Part shown: piece after piece, positions 1 through 13,389 of the stretch
Position numbering within the stretch: the stretch's first letter is position 1
Layout: each line of letters starts with the position of its first letter
Assembly: GCA_038087875.1 (NCBI GenBank)
Contig: CM075988.1
Location: 7,752,001 to 7,816,000, forward strand
Reading direction: 5' to 3'
From: Malacoraja senta
Lineage: Eukaryota
Length of the DNA: 64,000 nt
Position numbers and translations under genes: made by a program
The notes under the pieces: generated by a model
What the model was told of the DNA's origin: nothing
Seen by the model: only the letters and a program-made list of their open reading frames with translations
Databases searched by the model: none

Positions 1-359
1 CAAAGACATACTTGTTTGTAAGGTTAATTGGCTTGGTATAAATGTAAATTGTCACTAGTGTGTGTGGGATAGTGTAGGTGTGCGGGGATCGCTGGCCGGT
101 GGGCCGACGGGCTATGTTTCCACGTTTTATCTCTAAACTAAACTGAACTAATCTCACAAGCTTCTGTGCTATATTTGCATTTTTACAATTTATGCAAAAC
201 CATTATTTTATTTAGGAGGCATAATTGATGTTTGTTGGCTCTGCCTTATTCTCTACCATTGTGCCAAAATGATGGAACTCTTGTCGTCAGCTACTTCAAC
301 TATCTAAAGATAACATTGCCCTGTCATTATAATTTAATTTGAATCGGTATAAATTTAGG

Positions 360-680
360 TTTTATTTAGTTTAGAGATACAGCGTGGAAACAGGCCCTTC
401 GGCCCACCGAGTCTGCACCGAACAGTGATCCTCGCACATCAACACAAGCCTACACACACTCGAGACAATTTTACACTTATACCAAATATACAAACCCAAG
501 CCAATTAACCTACAAACTTGTACATCTTTGGAGTGTGGGAGGAAACCGAAGATCTCAGAGAAAACCCATGCGGTCACGGGAAAAATGTACAAACTCCGTA
601 CAGACAGCACCTGTAGTCGGGATCGAACCCGAGTCTCCAGCGCTGCAAGGCAGCAACTCTACCTATGCGCCACCGTGCCG
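360..680 (-). mobile_element. tRNA-derived V-SINE (HE1-like), near full length; other minus-strand copies near 770-1085, 5048-5325, 9015-9320, 17985-18290, 18430-18690, 19545-20645, 21260-22060, 22180-22460, 32745-32910, 37765-37880, 46165-46400, 58675-58875
   Basis: Minus strand shows a tRNA-like head with A box (ggtggcgca..ggtagag) and B box (ggttcgatccc), central ggtttcctcccacactccaaaga domain, CR1-like tail gggccgaagggcctgtttcc and (ctaaa)n. Confidence 0.85.
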
Positions 681-2427
681 CAGTAGACTTGATATTCTAT
701 ACATTTTAGTCCATTGCACATAGACAGTTAGTTTTCTCAATTTCTCAAAAATTATTGCTGTCAATTTATGTATAGAGATACAGCATAGAAACATGCTTCT
801 CGGACCATCGTGTCCACACTGATCATTGCTCACCCCTTCACACTAGTTGTATGCTGTCCCATGGTCTCATCCACTGCCTGCACACTAGGGACAATTTAAT
901 GAGGCCAATTAACCTACAAACCTGCACACCTTTGGGATGTGGGAGGAAACTGGAGCACCCGAACGAAACCAGCACAGTCACGGGGAGAACGTGCAAACTC
1001 CACACAGACAGTACCCAAGGTCCGTATCGATCTCGGGTCTATAGCGTGGTGGGGCAGCAGGTCTACCTGCTGCACAACTGTGCCAGCTGTTATGTTTTGA
1101 TGATCCAATACATAGAAACATTAGAGATGAGTGGAAGAATATCCATGTAACTAAAGTTTAATGTGGCTGATACCTATTAAATTATTGTCCATTAATATCC
1201 AGGAAATGTGAGGCATGGGACAGGTATTATCAAAGGTTAAAACTGATTCTTTAATTATTAAAACAAATAAAATTGTATTTATTTTTCATCAAAGTAGGTA
1301 ATATTATAATATGAGAGTGGATCATTGGCACGCCTTATAATGGCATCCTAGTTTTGTTTTAACATATAGGGGTACTTCATTATTTTCATATTGCTTGCTA
1401 ACATGGAACAAAGATGTGTGAAGTGAGGGTGAGGGCAGTGCTAACGAGCATGAGTGTCTGTGCAGGAATGAAGGGAAAATAGTTTAAATGTTCTCATAGT
1501 TGTCTGAAATTTAACGAATGTTTAGGTAGACGTCCAGACCAACATTAGGGTGCACTGTGCGACAAAAAAATAATAGTATAGATGTTTTCCAAGATAAAAC
1601 ATTGACATTGGACTGCATAACACAGACACAAATTGAGCAATTATTTTGTCATTGATGTCTGGCGCAACTGCACGAGGGTAATGAAAGTCTGGAATCAGCA
1701 GGGATAGAAAAACAGTCTTTGAAATAACACTGGAAAAAATTATGTCACTCATTCCCTTTCACAAATAACGTGTGAGATGCTTTGATTTTCTTCCTCCTTC
1801 CCGCCACCATTTTCTGGTCTGGCGCTTGGTGTTCGTATGAAAGACGGTGAAAGGCTGCAAACTCTCAACACCTATTCTCATGTTACTTTGGCTTAAAGAA
1901 AGATATCTCCTTATAGATGGGGAAATAAACAAAGAATGCACAACTCAATAATACCTGATGATAATTCCTGATGATATCTTAATGCAATTTTATCACAAAG
2001 ATTATTTTTGAAGTACAGTTAATTCCTCATTAATTGTATGAATATACAGTGCGCTTGCATATATTTAGTGTATTAACATGCTAAACATTGCACACTTTAT
2101 CCAATACATTTTGACCATAACTGACCTGGAGAAATTAGGAAACATTCCCAAAGGTTTTGCCAGAACTTGATTGTGAGGAGTTTATAGAAGAATCCAGCAC
2201 TTCCTACTGTGTAGAGGAGGTGACTCTACCCATTGAGTCCATGTCCCATTCATTACATTTCCCTATATTCTTCAATATTATTCTCCTCACACAAGCCCAT
2301 CAACTCTCATTTGATTCGAATCAGTAATGTGTAGTAGCCGGTTAATAGAAGATCAAAATCAAGATCAAAATATTGCTGGTATAATGACTCCTAGTCAGCC
2401 AAATCTAATTGGGTGAATGGGATCTTA

Positions 2428-2676
2428 GGCCCCCTTCGGTCATGGCTGACCATGGGTGTCTCCAGGGTGCTATTCCCTATATGGAGGACGTCTGTGCGTG
2501 ACTTTGTTTAACGTGGGGAGACTGGTGCACAGACAGCCACCCCACGGTCCTTGACAGATCTGGGTCAGGATCCAGTGGCATGGAGTCCAAGACGACTGGA
2601 GACGGCATCGCTCTTAGGATCCCAGGTCCACACAAGCTTCTCCACCACAACAAGGTGACAATCCACGGAGAAGTAG
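2428..2676 (-). mobile_element. Non-autonomous RTE-type (BovB/Expander-like ends) short element
   Basis: Minus strand begins ...tgtcaccttgttgtggtggagaagcttgtgtgg..., resembling recalled RTE 5' ends; TSD gaatgggaYctta (2415-2427, 2677-2689). Confidence 0.55.
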
Positions 2677-2880
2677 GAATGGGACCTTATATTTATCAAA
2701 CATAGAAGTTTTCAATTATCTCATTCAAATAGGGGGGTTGGCCAGGAGAAAGTTGGGACAATCAAATACCTACACATGACTGAGGAGTTCAACGGGAGAT
2801 GAACTGACAGCAGCAGAGAAAGGCAATTATATGGTGATAGCATGCAAAGCATATATTATGAAAATATAAGAAACTTGTTT

Positions 2881-2912
<32 letters not shown>
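2881..2912. repeat. (TA)n microsatellite (also (TA)n near 52480-52516, (GA)n near 29955-29982, (TG)n near 16929-16948 and 53358-53379)
   Basis: Direct reading. Confidence 0.9.
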
Positions 2913-3189
2913 CTACATTATGACATAGAAGCTAACAAACCAGACTGGGTTAAGCAAGATTGCACCAATTGTCGTCACTGCAACATTGGACCTCACCTTC
3001 TTGCTGGAGTAGGGCCAAAGGGGATCTCTTCTACCTCCGTCACTTCCAATCCAGAACCAAGGTCACTCTAACATTGCTTGTGAAGGTTCACTGTGCAGAA
3101 AATGCTCATTCAGAGGCAGAATCACTGAGCATTTGTTCTCTGAAGCATATAGAGAATGGGTGATGCAACTAGGTTTCTGCAGAGTTAAG

Positions 3190-4170
3190 ACAATAGACAA
3201 TAAACAATAGGTACAGGAGTAGGCCATTCGGCCCTTTGAGCCAGCACCGCCATTCAATGTGATCGTGGCTGATCATCCCCAATCAGTACCCCGTTCCTGC
3301 CTTCTCCCCACATCCCCTGACCGCTATCTTTAAGAGCCCTATGTAGCTCTCCCTTGAAATTATCCAGAGAACCGGCCTCCACCGCCCTCTGAGGCAGAGA
3401 ATTCCACAGACTCACAACTCTCTGTGTGAAAAGTTGTTTCCGCATCTCCATTCTAAATGCCTTACCCCTTATTCTTAAACTGTGGCCCCTGGTTCTGGAC
3501 TCCCCCAACATCGGGAACATGTTTCCTGCCTCTAGCTTGTCCAAAGCCTTAATAATCTTATATGTTTCAATTAGATCCCCTCTCATCCTTCTAAACTACA
3601 GCGTATACAAGCCTAGCCGCTCCATTCTCTCAGCATATGACAGTCCCGCCATCCCGGGAATTAACCTTGTAAACCTACGCTGCACTCCCTCAATAGCAAT
3701 AACATCGTTCCTCAAATTAGGGGACCAAAATTGCGCACAATACTCTAGGTGTGGTCTCACTAGTGCCCTATACAACTGCAGAAGGACTTCTTTGCCCCTA
3801 TACTCAACTCCTCTTGTTATGATGGCCAACATGCCATTTTCTTTCTTCACTGCCTGCTGTACCTGCATGCTTACTTTCATTGACTGATGAACAAGGACCC
3901 CCCCAGATCCCATTGTACTTCCCCTTTTCCCAACTTGACACCATTTAGATCATAATCTGCCTTCCTGTTTTTGCTACCAAAGTGGATAACCTCATATTTA
4001 TCCACATTAAAATGCATCTGCCATGCATCTGCCCATTCACCCAACCTGTCCAAGTCACCCTGCATTCTCATAGCATCCTCCTCAAAGTTCACAGTGCTAC
4101 CCAGCTTTGTGTCATCTGCAAATTTGCTAATGTTACTTTGAATCCATCTAAATTTGAATCCCTTCATCTA
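3190..4170 (-). mobile_element. CR1-clade LINE 3' fragment (RT C-terminal part and 3'UTR)
   Basis: SKFADDTKLG, LYRALVRPHLEYCAQFWSP, RGDLIETYKI, RTRGHSL, FTQRVV across frameshifted ORFs; (caataga)n tail. Confidence 0.92.
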
Positions 4171-7078
4171 AAGACCTTCTTCCAATCTTCCCTCCTGGCG
4201 AAGGCAAATATCAATGATGAATTCACCATCACTTTCCAATGCTCCAGCATAGACCTTGGCTGTCTGATGAAATGAATGTTTCAAGATTAAGATGTCAAAC
4301 TTAATACAAAGCACTTGTTAACCAGGCAACAGACATCCTGTCCTGTTTAATCAGAGATGGATTACCTTCACTATAGGGTTATGGCGTTGCTTTACTGTGG
4401 TAAACGTCACCGAACCAGAGTACATAGGTTTAAGGTGAGGGGGGAAAGATTTCATAGGAAGCTGAGGGGTAATTTCTTCATACAAAGGGTGGTGGGTGTA
4501 TGGAACGATCTGACAGAAGAGGTAGTTGAGGCAGGGACTATCATAACGTTTAAGGAAAAATTTGGCAGGTACATGGATAGGACAGGTTTAGAGGGATATG
4601 GGCCAAATGTATGTAGGTGGGACTAGTGCAGATGGGACATGTTGGTCAGTGTGGGCAAGTTGGGCCGAAGGAACTGCATCCACGCCGTATAACTCTATGA
4701 CACTAGGTGTGGGGTGGAGTTAGGGGTGGTCATAGCATTCCATGTGTAAAATTAAATCCTGTTGAAGCCTCCACCAAGGCTTGCTATAAACACCATTTAG
4801 AAAATTGAGAATTTCAATTCTGAAGGAGTTGCAATCACAGGTTAAAGCTGATTATATCATTGTTAGGTTTATTTGGTGAGACAAGGGTTTGGAAATGTGC
4901 CGTTCATTTATGCCATAGATAACTTCTTGGAATGTTAATTCATTCAGGATCTGTAACAACTGTCTTGGAATGGTACAGACATTCAATGCTCACAGTGATC
5001 GGGATTCACAAAGCGTGGGGAAAATGTTCTGACACACACTGGACCAGTTTAGACTTTAGAGATACAGTATGGAAATAGGGCCTTCAGCCCACCAAGTCCA
5101 CACTGACTAGTGATCATCCCATACACTAACACTATCCTACACATTAGGGACAATTTGCCATTTTACCGAAGCCAATGTATGTCTTTGGAGTGTGGGGGGG
5201 AACCAGAGAAAATCCCACAACAGGGAGAACGTACTAACTCTGTACAGACAGCACCCGTAGTCTGGATCGAACCTGGGTCTCTGGCGCTGTAAGGCAACAA
5301 CTGTACCACTGCACCACTGTGCCATGCACACAGTTAAACCTCATGGATAAAGTGGGCTAGAATGCATGTTTCTATACAGTACAATTCCATGACTCTGTGT
5401 AGAATCAATGTTGTTGGTTGGTGTGAAACCTATAGACTGAAGGACCAGTTTCTATGCATTATCTCCCTGACTGTAAGTAACTATTGGGTGATGGTAGCAA
5501 TGGGCAGAAGCAAGTCTTATGGCGTGGAAGAACAAACCAAAAGAAGTCTCAGTATATTTCAACTGGTGCGGAAATCAGGAATTGGAGAACAGCAGTAGCT
5601 CAGAGTTAATGACAACACCACATTGTTGACAGTGCGTGCAGGATCTGATGCGAGTGAGGGGCACAAGTGGACAAACACTAGAAGGTGCCTATGCCATTTC
5701 GACATGTCCCCAACAACTCTCACCAACCTCTCTAGGTGCGTCATAGAAAGCACTTTATCGGAGGCATTACAGCATGGTTTGGGAACAGTTCCATCCAAGA
5801 CCACAAGAAATTGCAGAGAACAGCAGGTGCAGCCCAGACCATCACGCAAGCATATCTCCTTTCAATTGACTCCATCTACACTTCACGCTGCCTCGGCAAG
5901 GATGCTAGCAAGGCCGATTCTCACCCCGGACACTCCCTCTTCTCTCCTTGTCCATCAGGCAAGAGGTACATAAGTGTGAAAACGCACCCCTCCAGATTCA
6001 GGGACAGTTTCTTCCCAGCTGTTATCAGGCAACTGAACCATCCTATCACCAATTAGAGAGCGGTCCTGACCTCCCATCTACCTCATTGGAAATCCTTGGA
6101 GTTTCATTAATCGGACTTTACTGGGCTTTATCGTGCACTAAACCTTTCCCCATTATCCTGTATCTGTACACTGTGGATGTCTTGAATGTAATCATGTACA
6201 GTCCTTCCACTTACTGGATAGCACGCAACAAAAAGCTTTTAACTGTACGTGACAATAAACTAAACTAAATGTTTTTGTGCTTTGAGTAGAAATTACAGTC
6301 AGAACAATTTTAAAGGCAATAAATTTATTAGCATTCCTGTGGCTAATATTTTAATAAGATCATTACAATTAACATGCAAAACATGCTTCTTCTTCTTGTG
6401 TGCACAGCCTAAAATTCTAAGACAACTTGTTCTATTTGATCTTATTTGGTTGTGCACATCAGGTTGATTGCATTCATCGAAACAGGGCATTCGTTGCCAC
6501 GTGAAGGTGGCAATCTCCCACCCCGCAAAACATGCTGCAATAAAGTTGAGGCTGGCAGCAGAAGATCTTATCTTTGTTGACCAAGGAGCAACAGTAAACT
6601 CTATCCTAAAAGTGGAAATAATGTGATGTTTCAAATATGGCTTTAGATTTTAACCAAATCTACATGTAACCCCGCTGGATTCAAAATAAATTGTTAGCAG
6701 TTTGCACATGTACGATGTTTAAGCCAAATGACAAATGGCCAACCTTCTGGAATCACTAATATGCACATGTTGAGGATAGATTGGAACCATGAAAAATTCT
6801 TACTAAAGGCGGTGCTCTTCTGTTTTACTGCTTGCGGTAACTTTTTGCCAATGTATAATTTTGTGCTGACATTTTGATTGGGTTATGTGTACTTTCCCAT
6901 ATTAGTTGGGGACATGATATGACTGTTGAAGATATTAACGTAATGCTCTCCTCCAGAAAAGTGTTCTCCTTCTCATTCAAATCACTGCTGGAGAACTCAG
7001 GAGTAAAAGACAGGATGAGGGAAATGTGGGAAAAAAACACCAGAAAATACTGGAGGAACTGAGTAACGGCTCACTGGA

Positions 7079-7339
7079 AAAATTGACATCAAGATCTGGA
7101 GTAACTCAGCAGGTCAGGCAGCATCTCTGGAGAACGTGCATAGGTGATGTTTTATGGGTCGGGACGCTTCTTCAGACTGGAGAAGGATCCCGACCCAAGA
7201 CGTAATCCGTGGAGCCTGAAGAAGGGTCCTGATCTGGCATGTCCACTATCCATGTTCACCAGAGATGCTGCCTGACCCCGCGAAGTTATTCCAGTTCTTT
7301 GTCTTTATCTGCAAACCATCATCTGCAGTTCCTTGTACC
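7079..7339. mobile_element. Short palindromic Penelope-terminus-derived element
   Basis: Inverted arms (ctggagtaactcagc...gatgctgcctgacc); TSD aacRgctcactgga (7065-7078, 7340-7353). Confidence 0.7.
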
Positions 7340-7699
7340 AACAGCTCACTGGAGTCACCTCCTTAATGTCCATTGTTGATACCCTTGCCTGGGTTCTTAC
7401 AGCTGCCCCTACACAAAATAATTTCAAAATTGTGGAAACCATAGTCATAGAATCAACAGTGCAGAATCAGGCCCTTTGCCCCTTTTGCACCAGCCATCCA
7501 TTAGCCATTTAAATTAATTCCACTGCAATCTCATTTTAATCTCTCCAGATTCACAACAACATCTGTTAGATTTTACGACTCACCTACAAATAAGGGCAAT
7601 TTACATTGGCCAATTAACCTACTAACAATATGCCTTTGGAGTGTGAGGCGAAACCCTTGCCGTAATGGAGAGAACATACTCTACATTGATATCACCCAA

Positions 7700-7842
7700 T
7701 TGCACTTTTTCCTTCACTTTCTTCTCTCTTTCAATCTTTTCTTTCTCTAGTGTAAAAAAATAAATAAAGGGAGTACATTAATTGTAAGAAGATATAAATG
7801 ACGAGTATTAATGTATGTGGTTGTAATGTAATGTACTTCTAA

Positions 7843-7881
<39 letters not shown>
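7700..7881 (+). mobile_element. Retroposed poly(A)-tailed 3' end (probably an L1 3'UTR)
   Basis: AATAAA followed by about 33 A; 12-bp TSD gatatcacccaa (7688-7699, 7882-7893). Confidence 0.7.
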
Positions 7882-7883
<2 letters not shown>

Positions 7884-7896
7884 TATCACCCAAGGT

Positions 7897-8140
7897 AGAT
7901 AAAAAATGCTGGAGTAACTCAGCAGGTGAGACAGCATCTATGGAGAGAAGGAATGGGCGATGTTTCGGGTAGAGATCCTTCTTCAGACATCCCCCCTCCG
8001 ACATCAGTCTGAAGAAGGGTCTCGACCCGAAACATTGCCCATTCCTTCTCTCCATAGATGCTGTCTCACCCGCTGAGTATCTCCAGCATTTTTTTGTCTA
8101 CCTTCAATTTTCCCAACATCTGCAGTTCTTTCTTAAACAC
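7897..8140. mobile_element. Short palindromic Penelope-terminus-derived element (inverted pair)
   Basis: Two inverted arms of about 95 bp matching the Penelope 3' end; flanked by gatatcacccaaggt (7882-7896, 8143-8157). Confidence 0.8.
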
Positions 8141-9568
8141 TTGATATCACCCAAGGTCAGGATTGAACCAAGTTTGCAAGAGACACATCTACTCTCTGCA
8201 CCACTGTGTCACCCCAATATCCCCACTTTGTCCAAATGATCTACATCATAAGATCTAGCCCACTCATTCTGCTATCCTTTTACTCTTCTGTTAAGAATCG
8301 AACCCCTTAAGAACATCACCTAGTTTGTCATGACAGCGGGAAGACGTGACCTCATGGACAGAGGTCCTCGCTAGAGACTGCATAAGCTGGAATCTCAGGC
8401 AAAAAGCAAACGGCTAGAGAGTTATCTGTGTTGGGAGAGGAAATATCCATCTTTTGTTGATGCAAGTCTCGACTTGAAACATGAACACTTCTTCTCCTTC
8501 CTCAGGTGCTGCTTGACCTGCGGAGTTCTTCCAGCAGTTTGCCTTTTGATATATTTGGCCCACTTCCCTGCTCTTTCCCCATGTTCCAGGAAATAAACAG
8601 GATGGTGTAATTTACTTTTGTGAATACCAGCTAAAAATTGGTGGCGGTTTCTTCTTGGAATTAGATTAACATCAACAAATTTAGGAGAGCTATGTTGAAA
8701 GAGGGAACGATCTAATTTTGTTTTGTACCGCATGGCATACACAGATAACCTCCATAGTCGGGCCATAGTCGGGAAGAATGGTGTCCGATATTGCCGATTG
8801 TCTTCTATAACCGAGTATGGTTATTTGCTCCAACCCCCTAGTGGCCACTCTAACAAAGGTCTTCTTAACAGCTAGAAATGTAATTATTGTTACTGCAAAC
8901 TAAAAATACAAAAGGCTGTTTGTTACTTTGTTTAATGGAGTATCATCGCACAAGTGTTGATCAAAGTTATTGCTTGTCTATTTCAACCTCTGCAGACTAA
9001 CTAGCAGCTTGTGTTTGGTTTAATTTAGTTTAGAGATACAGCATGGAAACAGGCCATTCGGCCCACCGAGTCCGCACTGATCAGCGATCTCCGCACATTG
9101 ACACTATCCTACACACACTAGGGACAATTTACATTTATACCAAGCCAATTAGCCTACAAACCTGTACGTCTTTGGAGTGTGGGAGGAAACCGAATATCTA
9201 AGAGACAGGTCACAGGGAGAACTTACAAACTCCGTACAGACAGCACCCGTGGTCAGGATCGAACCCAGGTCTCTGGCACTCTAAGGCAGCAACTCAACCA
9301 CTGCGCCACCATGCCACCCTTAAGAGTTCAAGTTCAACTTAGGAGTTCAACTTAAAGAGACAGCGGTGTCTGATCAATGTGAGGACGCTATAACCAAAAT
9401 CTGTTATAAAGAGGTCCGTAATATCAAGGGTAGAGTGAATTCTCACTGAACAGTTCCACTTAATTGTATGATTACTTTGGCTTTGTCATAAGTTGCTGAT
9501 GCGATGAGTTAAAGTTGACTATTCTCAATTCTGTTTTTGTTCCTTCCCGTTAACCCACTCCCACGCAG

Positions 9569-9740
9569 ACACCCACTCTTTCCGCTCCTCGCCCTCCTGT
9601 TTGAGAAGTGCGAGCAAGCCACACAGGGGTCAGAGTGCATCACATCGGCCAGCTTCGACGTCGACATTGAAAACTTTGTCCACCAGCAAGAACAGGAGCA
9701 CAAACCCTTCTTTAGCGATGATCCAGAAATAGACAGCTTG
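9569..9740 (+). CDS. PKNOX2: PKNOX2 (PREP2) internal coding exon, MEIS/PKNOX N-terminal (HR1) region
   Basis: Pyrimidine tract and cgcag acceptor (AG 9567-9568); donor gtaagt at 9741; 172 bp, phase 2 to 0. Encodes (R)HPLFPLLALLFEKCEQATQGSECITSASFDVDIENFVHQQEQEHKPFFSDDPEIDSL, nearly identical to vertebrate PKNOX2 as recalled. Confidence 0.96.
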
Positions 9741-11177
9741 GTAAGTTATTCTTTGATAAATATTGAGAGATAAAAATAAAAATGTGTCACCCATGTAAAT
9801 GAGGAGCTAAGTTAAAAGGTAATGGGCACTAAAATGTTCTCTTACATTTCTTTTTATGTGGGTCACAGGTTCGCTAATACTTTTTTAATTACGAAAATTA
9901 ATCATCAGCTAGATGTTCTGTTTTAAATGGATTTAAGTCCTTTGAATGGATGCTTTGCCTTCACCTCCTGCTACTGAAGGTTGAGGGGATGTCAGAAGCT
10001 GACAGGGCATTGAATTCACATTAGGAGTTTCTTGCTTCCAGCTGCTGTAATGTGATCTCTGTACACCAGCCTGGAAATTCCTGCACACAACTCCACAAAA
10101 ACCCTGTCAATGCAGTTGAAAACAGGCTTAACCTTGAGCAAGATTACTTCAAGTTTTGGGTATCACATTGACAAACAAATTCGATTCCAGACTTTTCAGT
10201 GGGATCTTGGTTTGCCAAAGTAATTTTCATTCACATTAGAGTCCCTCATCAACAATGGTGCAATGCCCAACACTCATCATCTCCATTGTGACGTTCAACT
10301 TCACTAATCTTAATTACTATTAAAGACACAAAATGTTGGAGTAACTCAGCAGGTCAGGCTGCATCTCTAGAGAACATGGATAGGCGACATAAAGATAGAC
10401 AGAAAGTGGAACAGCATACGTCAGATTTGGCGACATTTTCAAGTCCCTGTTGTTGTAAGTGCAGTTTCCTAACCTGCCCCTGAAGGCCAGTTGTCGTGGC
10501 GGAGTTGCAGGGTCGGCCTGGCCAAGCGTAGCCGTTGGTATCTTCCACTGCTTCGTGCAGCTGTAGCTCGCTTCCGGTCCACGTGCTCGGCCTCTTGGAA
10601 CAGTGACCGCTCCAGCCGAGTCCCAGGCTACTGCAGGGCCTCCAGCGGCCCCCCCCACCATGGAGGTGCACTGCACTGCCTCCCGCAGCCGGTCCGCTTA
10701 CCGGCCCTCTGTCCCGACTCTAACTTCCTCATCCTTGAGGCAAGCAGGGGCCGGGGTTGGCGGCTTCTCTCTCCGGAAGAGTTCCCAGGTAGCCGCGTCC
10801 TCTGTTGCTCATTCTCTTCCCCTCTCATGATGAAAGGATACATTCCTTCATCAGCAACACTGCCCCATAGTCTGCAAGAGTGCGACTTGTATTGTGGGAT
10901 GCTCTTTTTAGTGCTGCCCAATGGGATTTGAGCTGCTAGATTAAATATCAGCCATTGTGAGAATATGCAGTAAGTAATAAATTTGTTCAGCTTTTCACAT
11001 GGAAAGCTGGAAAACAGTATAGGATGACAAACATGGTTTTTCCCAGCCCTCCTCCCCATGGCCAAAGAACTGCTCTCCCAGCCATATTGCGGATTCCATA
11101 AGGACATAGTGCAGATATTCTTCATTGTGTATCATTCCGACGACTAATGCAGGAAGCAACATCAGCTATTATAACTG

Positions 11178-12830
11178 GCATTTTTCTTCACTTTTTCGCC
11201 ACCTCCAACGGGATCCCACCACTGGCCACATCATCCCATCTCCTCCCCTTTCGGCTTTCTGCAGAGACCGCTCCCTCCGTAACTCCCTGGTCAATTCGTC
11301 CCTTCCCACCCAAACCACCCCCTCCCTTGCAACCGCAGGAAATGCTACACTTGACGCTTTACCTCCCCCCTTGACTCCATCCAAGAACCTAAGCAGTCTT
11401 TCCAGGTGCGGCAGAGGTTCACCTGCACTTCCTCCAACCTCATCTATTGCATCTGCTGCTCTAGTTGTCAGCTGCTCTACATCGGTGAGACCAAGCGTAG
11501 GCTTGGCGATCACTTCACCCAACACCTTCGCTCAGTTCGCAATAACCAACCTGATCCCCGGTGACTCAGCACTTCAACTCCCTCTCCCATTCCGAATCCG
11601 ACCTTTCTATCCTGGGTCTCCTCCATTGCCAGAGTGAGTTCCACTGTAAATTGAGGAGCAGCATCTCATATTTCGCATATTACGGAAGCGGCGGCGCTGT
11701 CGTACAGCAGCGGCTCGCCTGCAGTCCGTCTGTTTTTACTTTTTTTTGTTGTTTTCTTTTGTCCTGTTTTAGTTAAATTTTAGTTTATTGGGTTGTGTAT
11801 GTGTGGGGTGGGGGGGTGAAACATGACTTTTGTCTCTTCCTTCGGGGGAATGCGACTTTTTCTTGTCGCATCCCCCTTCTCTGCCTCCGTCTGCGCTGAT
11901 GCCAAAATGGCGGAGCTGCCGGCCTCCAACTCCAACTGCGAGCGACCGACCGACCTCGAGGCTCCGGAGGCAGAGCCAGGACTTACCAGCGCGAGGCTGG
12001 CCAACTTCGGGGCTGCGGTGGCGTTCCGGCGGTGGTGACCAAAGACGCCGGTGGCTACCTGAATCCGGAGGCTCGGCCGCGGGCCCAGTGGACGACATCA
12101 TCAGGAGCGCGCAGGTCACAGGTTGGTGACCTGTTTTTCTGGGGCTCCCGCAACTACAGCTGCGTCCGCTGGACTGGAGGGCGGCAGCTTCGGCCACCCC
12201 GGGCCGCGGAGTTTGAACCGGCCCGTCGCGGAGCACGGATTCGGGCCGCGGAGTTTGAGCCGGCCCGTCGCGGAGCACGGATTCGGCCGCGGGACTGGCT
12301 TACCGTCGCCCGGCGGGGTCACAGCATCAGAAGCCTGGATCGCCTCAGCGCAGAGGGAGAACAAAGCGGGAAGAGACAGAGACTTTAAGACTTTTGCCTC
12401 CATCACAGTGAGGAGGTGCCTGGTGAACTCACTGTGGTGGATGTTAATTTGTGTTTATTGTGTGTTTTGTCATTTATTATTATATGTATGACTGCAGGCG
12501 ACGAAATTTCGTTCAGACCGAAAGGTCTGAATGACAAATAAAGGAATCTCTCTAATCTCTCTAATTACACCAGCAGTATGAACATTGACCTCCAATTTCA
12601 GGTAGTCCCTGCTTTCTCCCTCTTTCCCCTCCTCTTCCCAGCTCTCCCGCAGCCCACTGTCTCCGCCTCTTCCTTTCTTCTTACCGCCCCCCCACCCCCA
12701 CATCAGTCTGAAGAATGGTCTCGACCCGAAACGTTACCTATTCCTTCGCTCCATAGATGCTGCCTCACCCGCTGAGTTTCTCCAGCATTTTTATCTAGCT
12801 TCGATTTTTCCAGCATCTGCAGTTCCTTCT
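11178..12830 (+). mobile_element. Penelope-like 3' fragment interrupted by a GC-rich insertion
   Basis: Same GIY-YIG-coding sequence as 25710-26559, with frameshifts; split at about 11684-12564 and resumes with cagcagtatgaacattgac. Confidence 0.85.
11684..12564 (+). mobile_element. GC-rich non-coding retroposon with a LINE-type tail
   Basis: Ends in hairpin TTCAGACC-GAAA-GGTCTGAA, tgacaaataaagg and (aatctctct)n; internal 42-bp tandem repeat; second copy at 19597-20391 on the minus strand. Confidence 0.7.
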
Positions 12831-13389
12831 TAAACTTTTTCTTGACTGAAGTCATTTGTGGAGCACACTCCGCATATTTAGCTGCATGCATGAATTAATT
12901 CCCTTGGATTTTCAGCATAATAGTTTACAAGTTGTGATGTTAACATTGGACCCAATCTCAGCGTTGATGTCAGTTCATCATTTACTGCATCTCATCTCAA
13001 TCATAGAAAGCAGACTGTCAGGTTGCATCACAGTTTGGTTTGGGAAAAGCTCTGTCCAAAAGTGCAAGACATTGCAGTGTTGTGGATGTAGCCCAGTCCA
13101 TCACACAGACCAGACTTCCCACCATGGACTCCATCTACACTTCATGCTGCCTCAGATAGACAGCCAACCTAATCAATGAGTGGTCCTTTATCATCCTGTA
13201 CCCGTTCAACTCAGAAGTTTGAAAGCATGCACCACCAGACTCGGGAACAGCTTTTGCTCCTCTGTTAACAAGCTTCTGAAAGGTTCCTTCCATAAGCCAT
13301 GGTCCTGTCCGATTCACCTCTACCCCATTATGGACATTGGACTTTGTCTATGGAATTGATGTGCTACAATGCTGAGACGTACATTCTAT

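Noticed and set aside
11769..12491. Long GC-rich ORFs with repeated peptides (also 19746-20349)
   Set aside because: Produced by minisatellites within the non-coding retroposon; frames are not conserved between the two copies.
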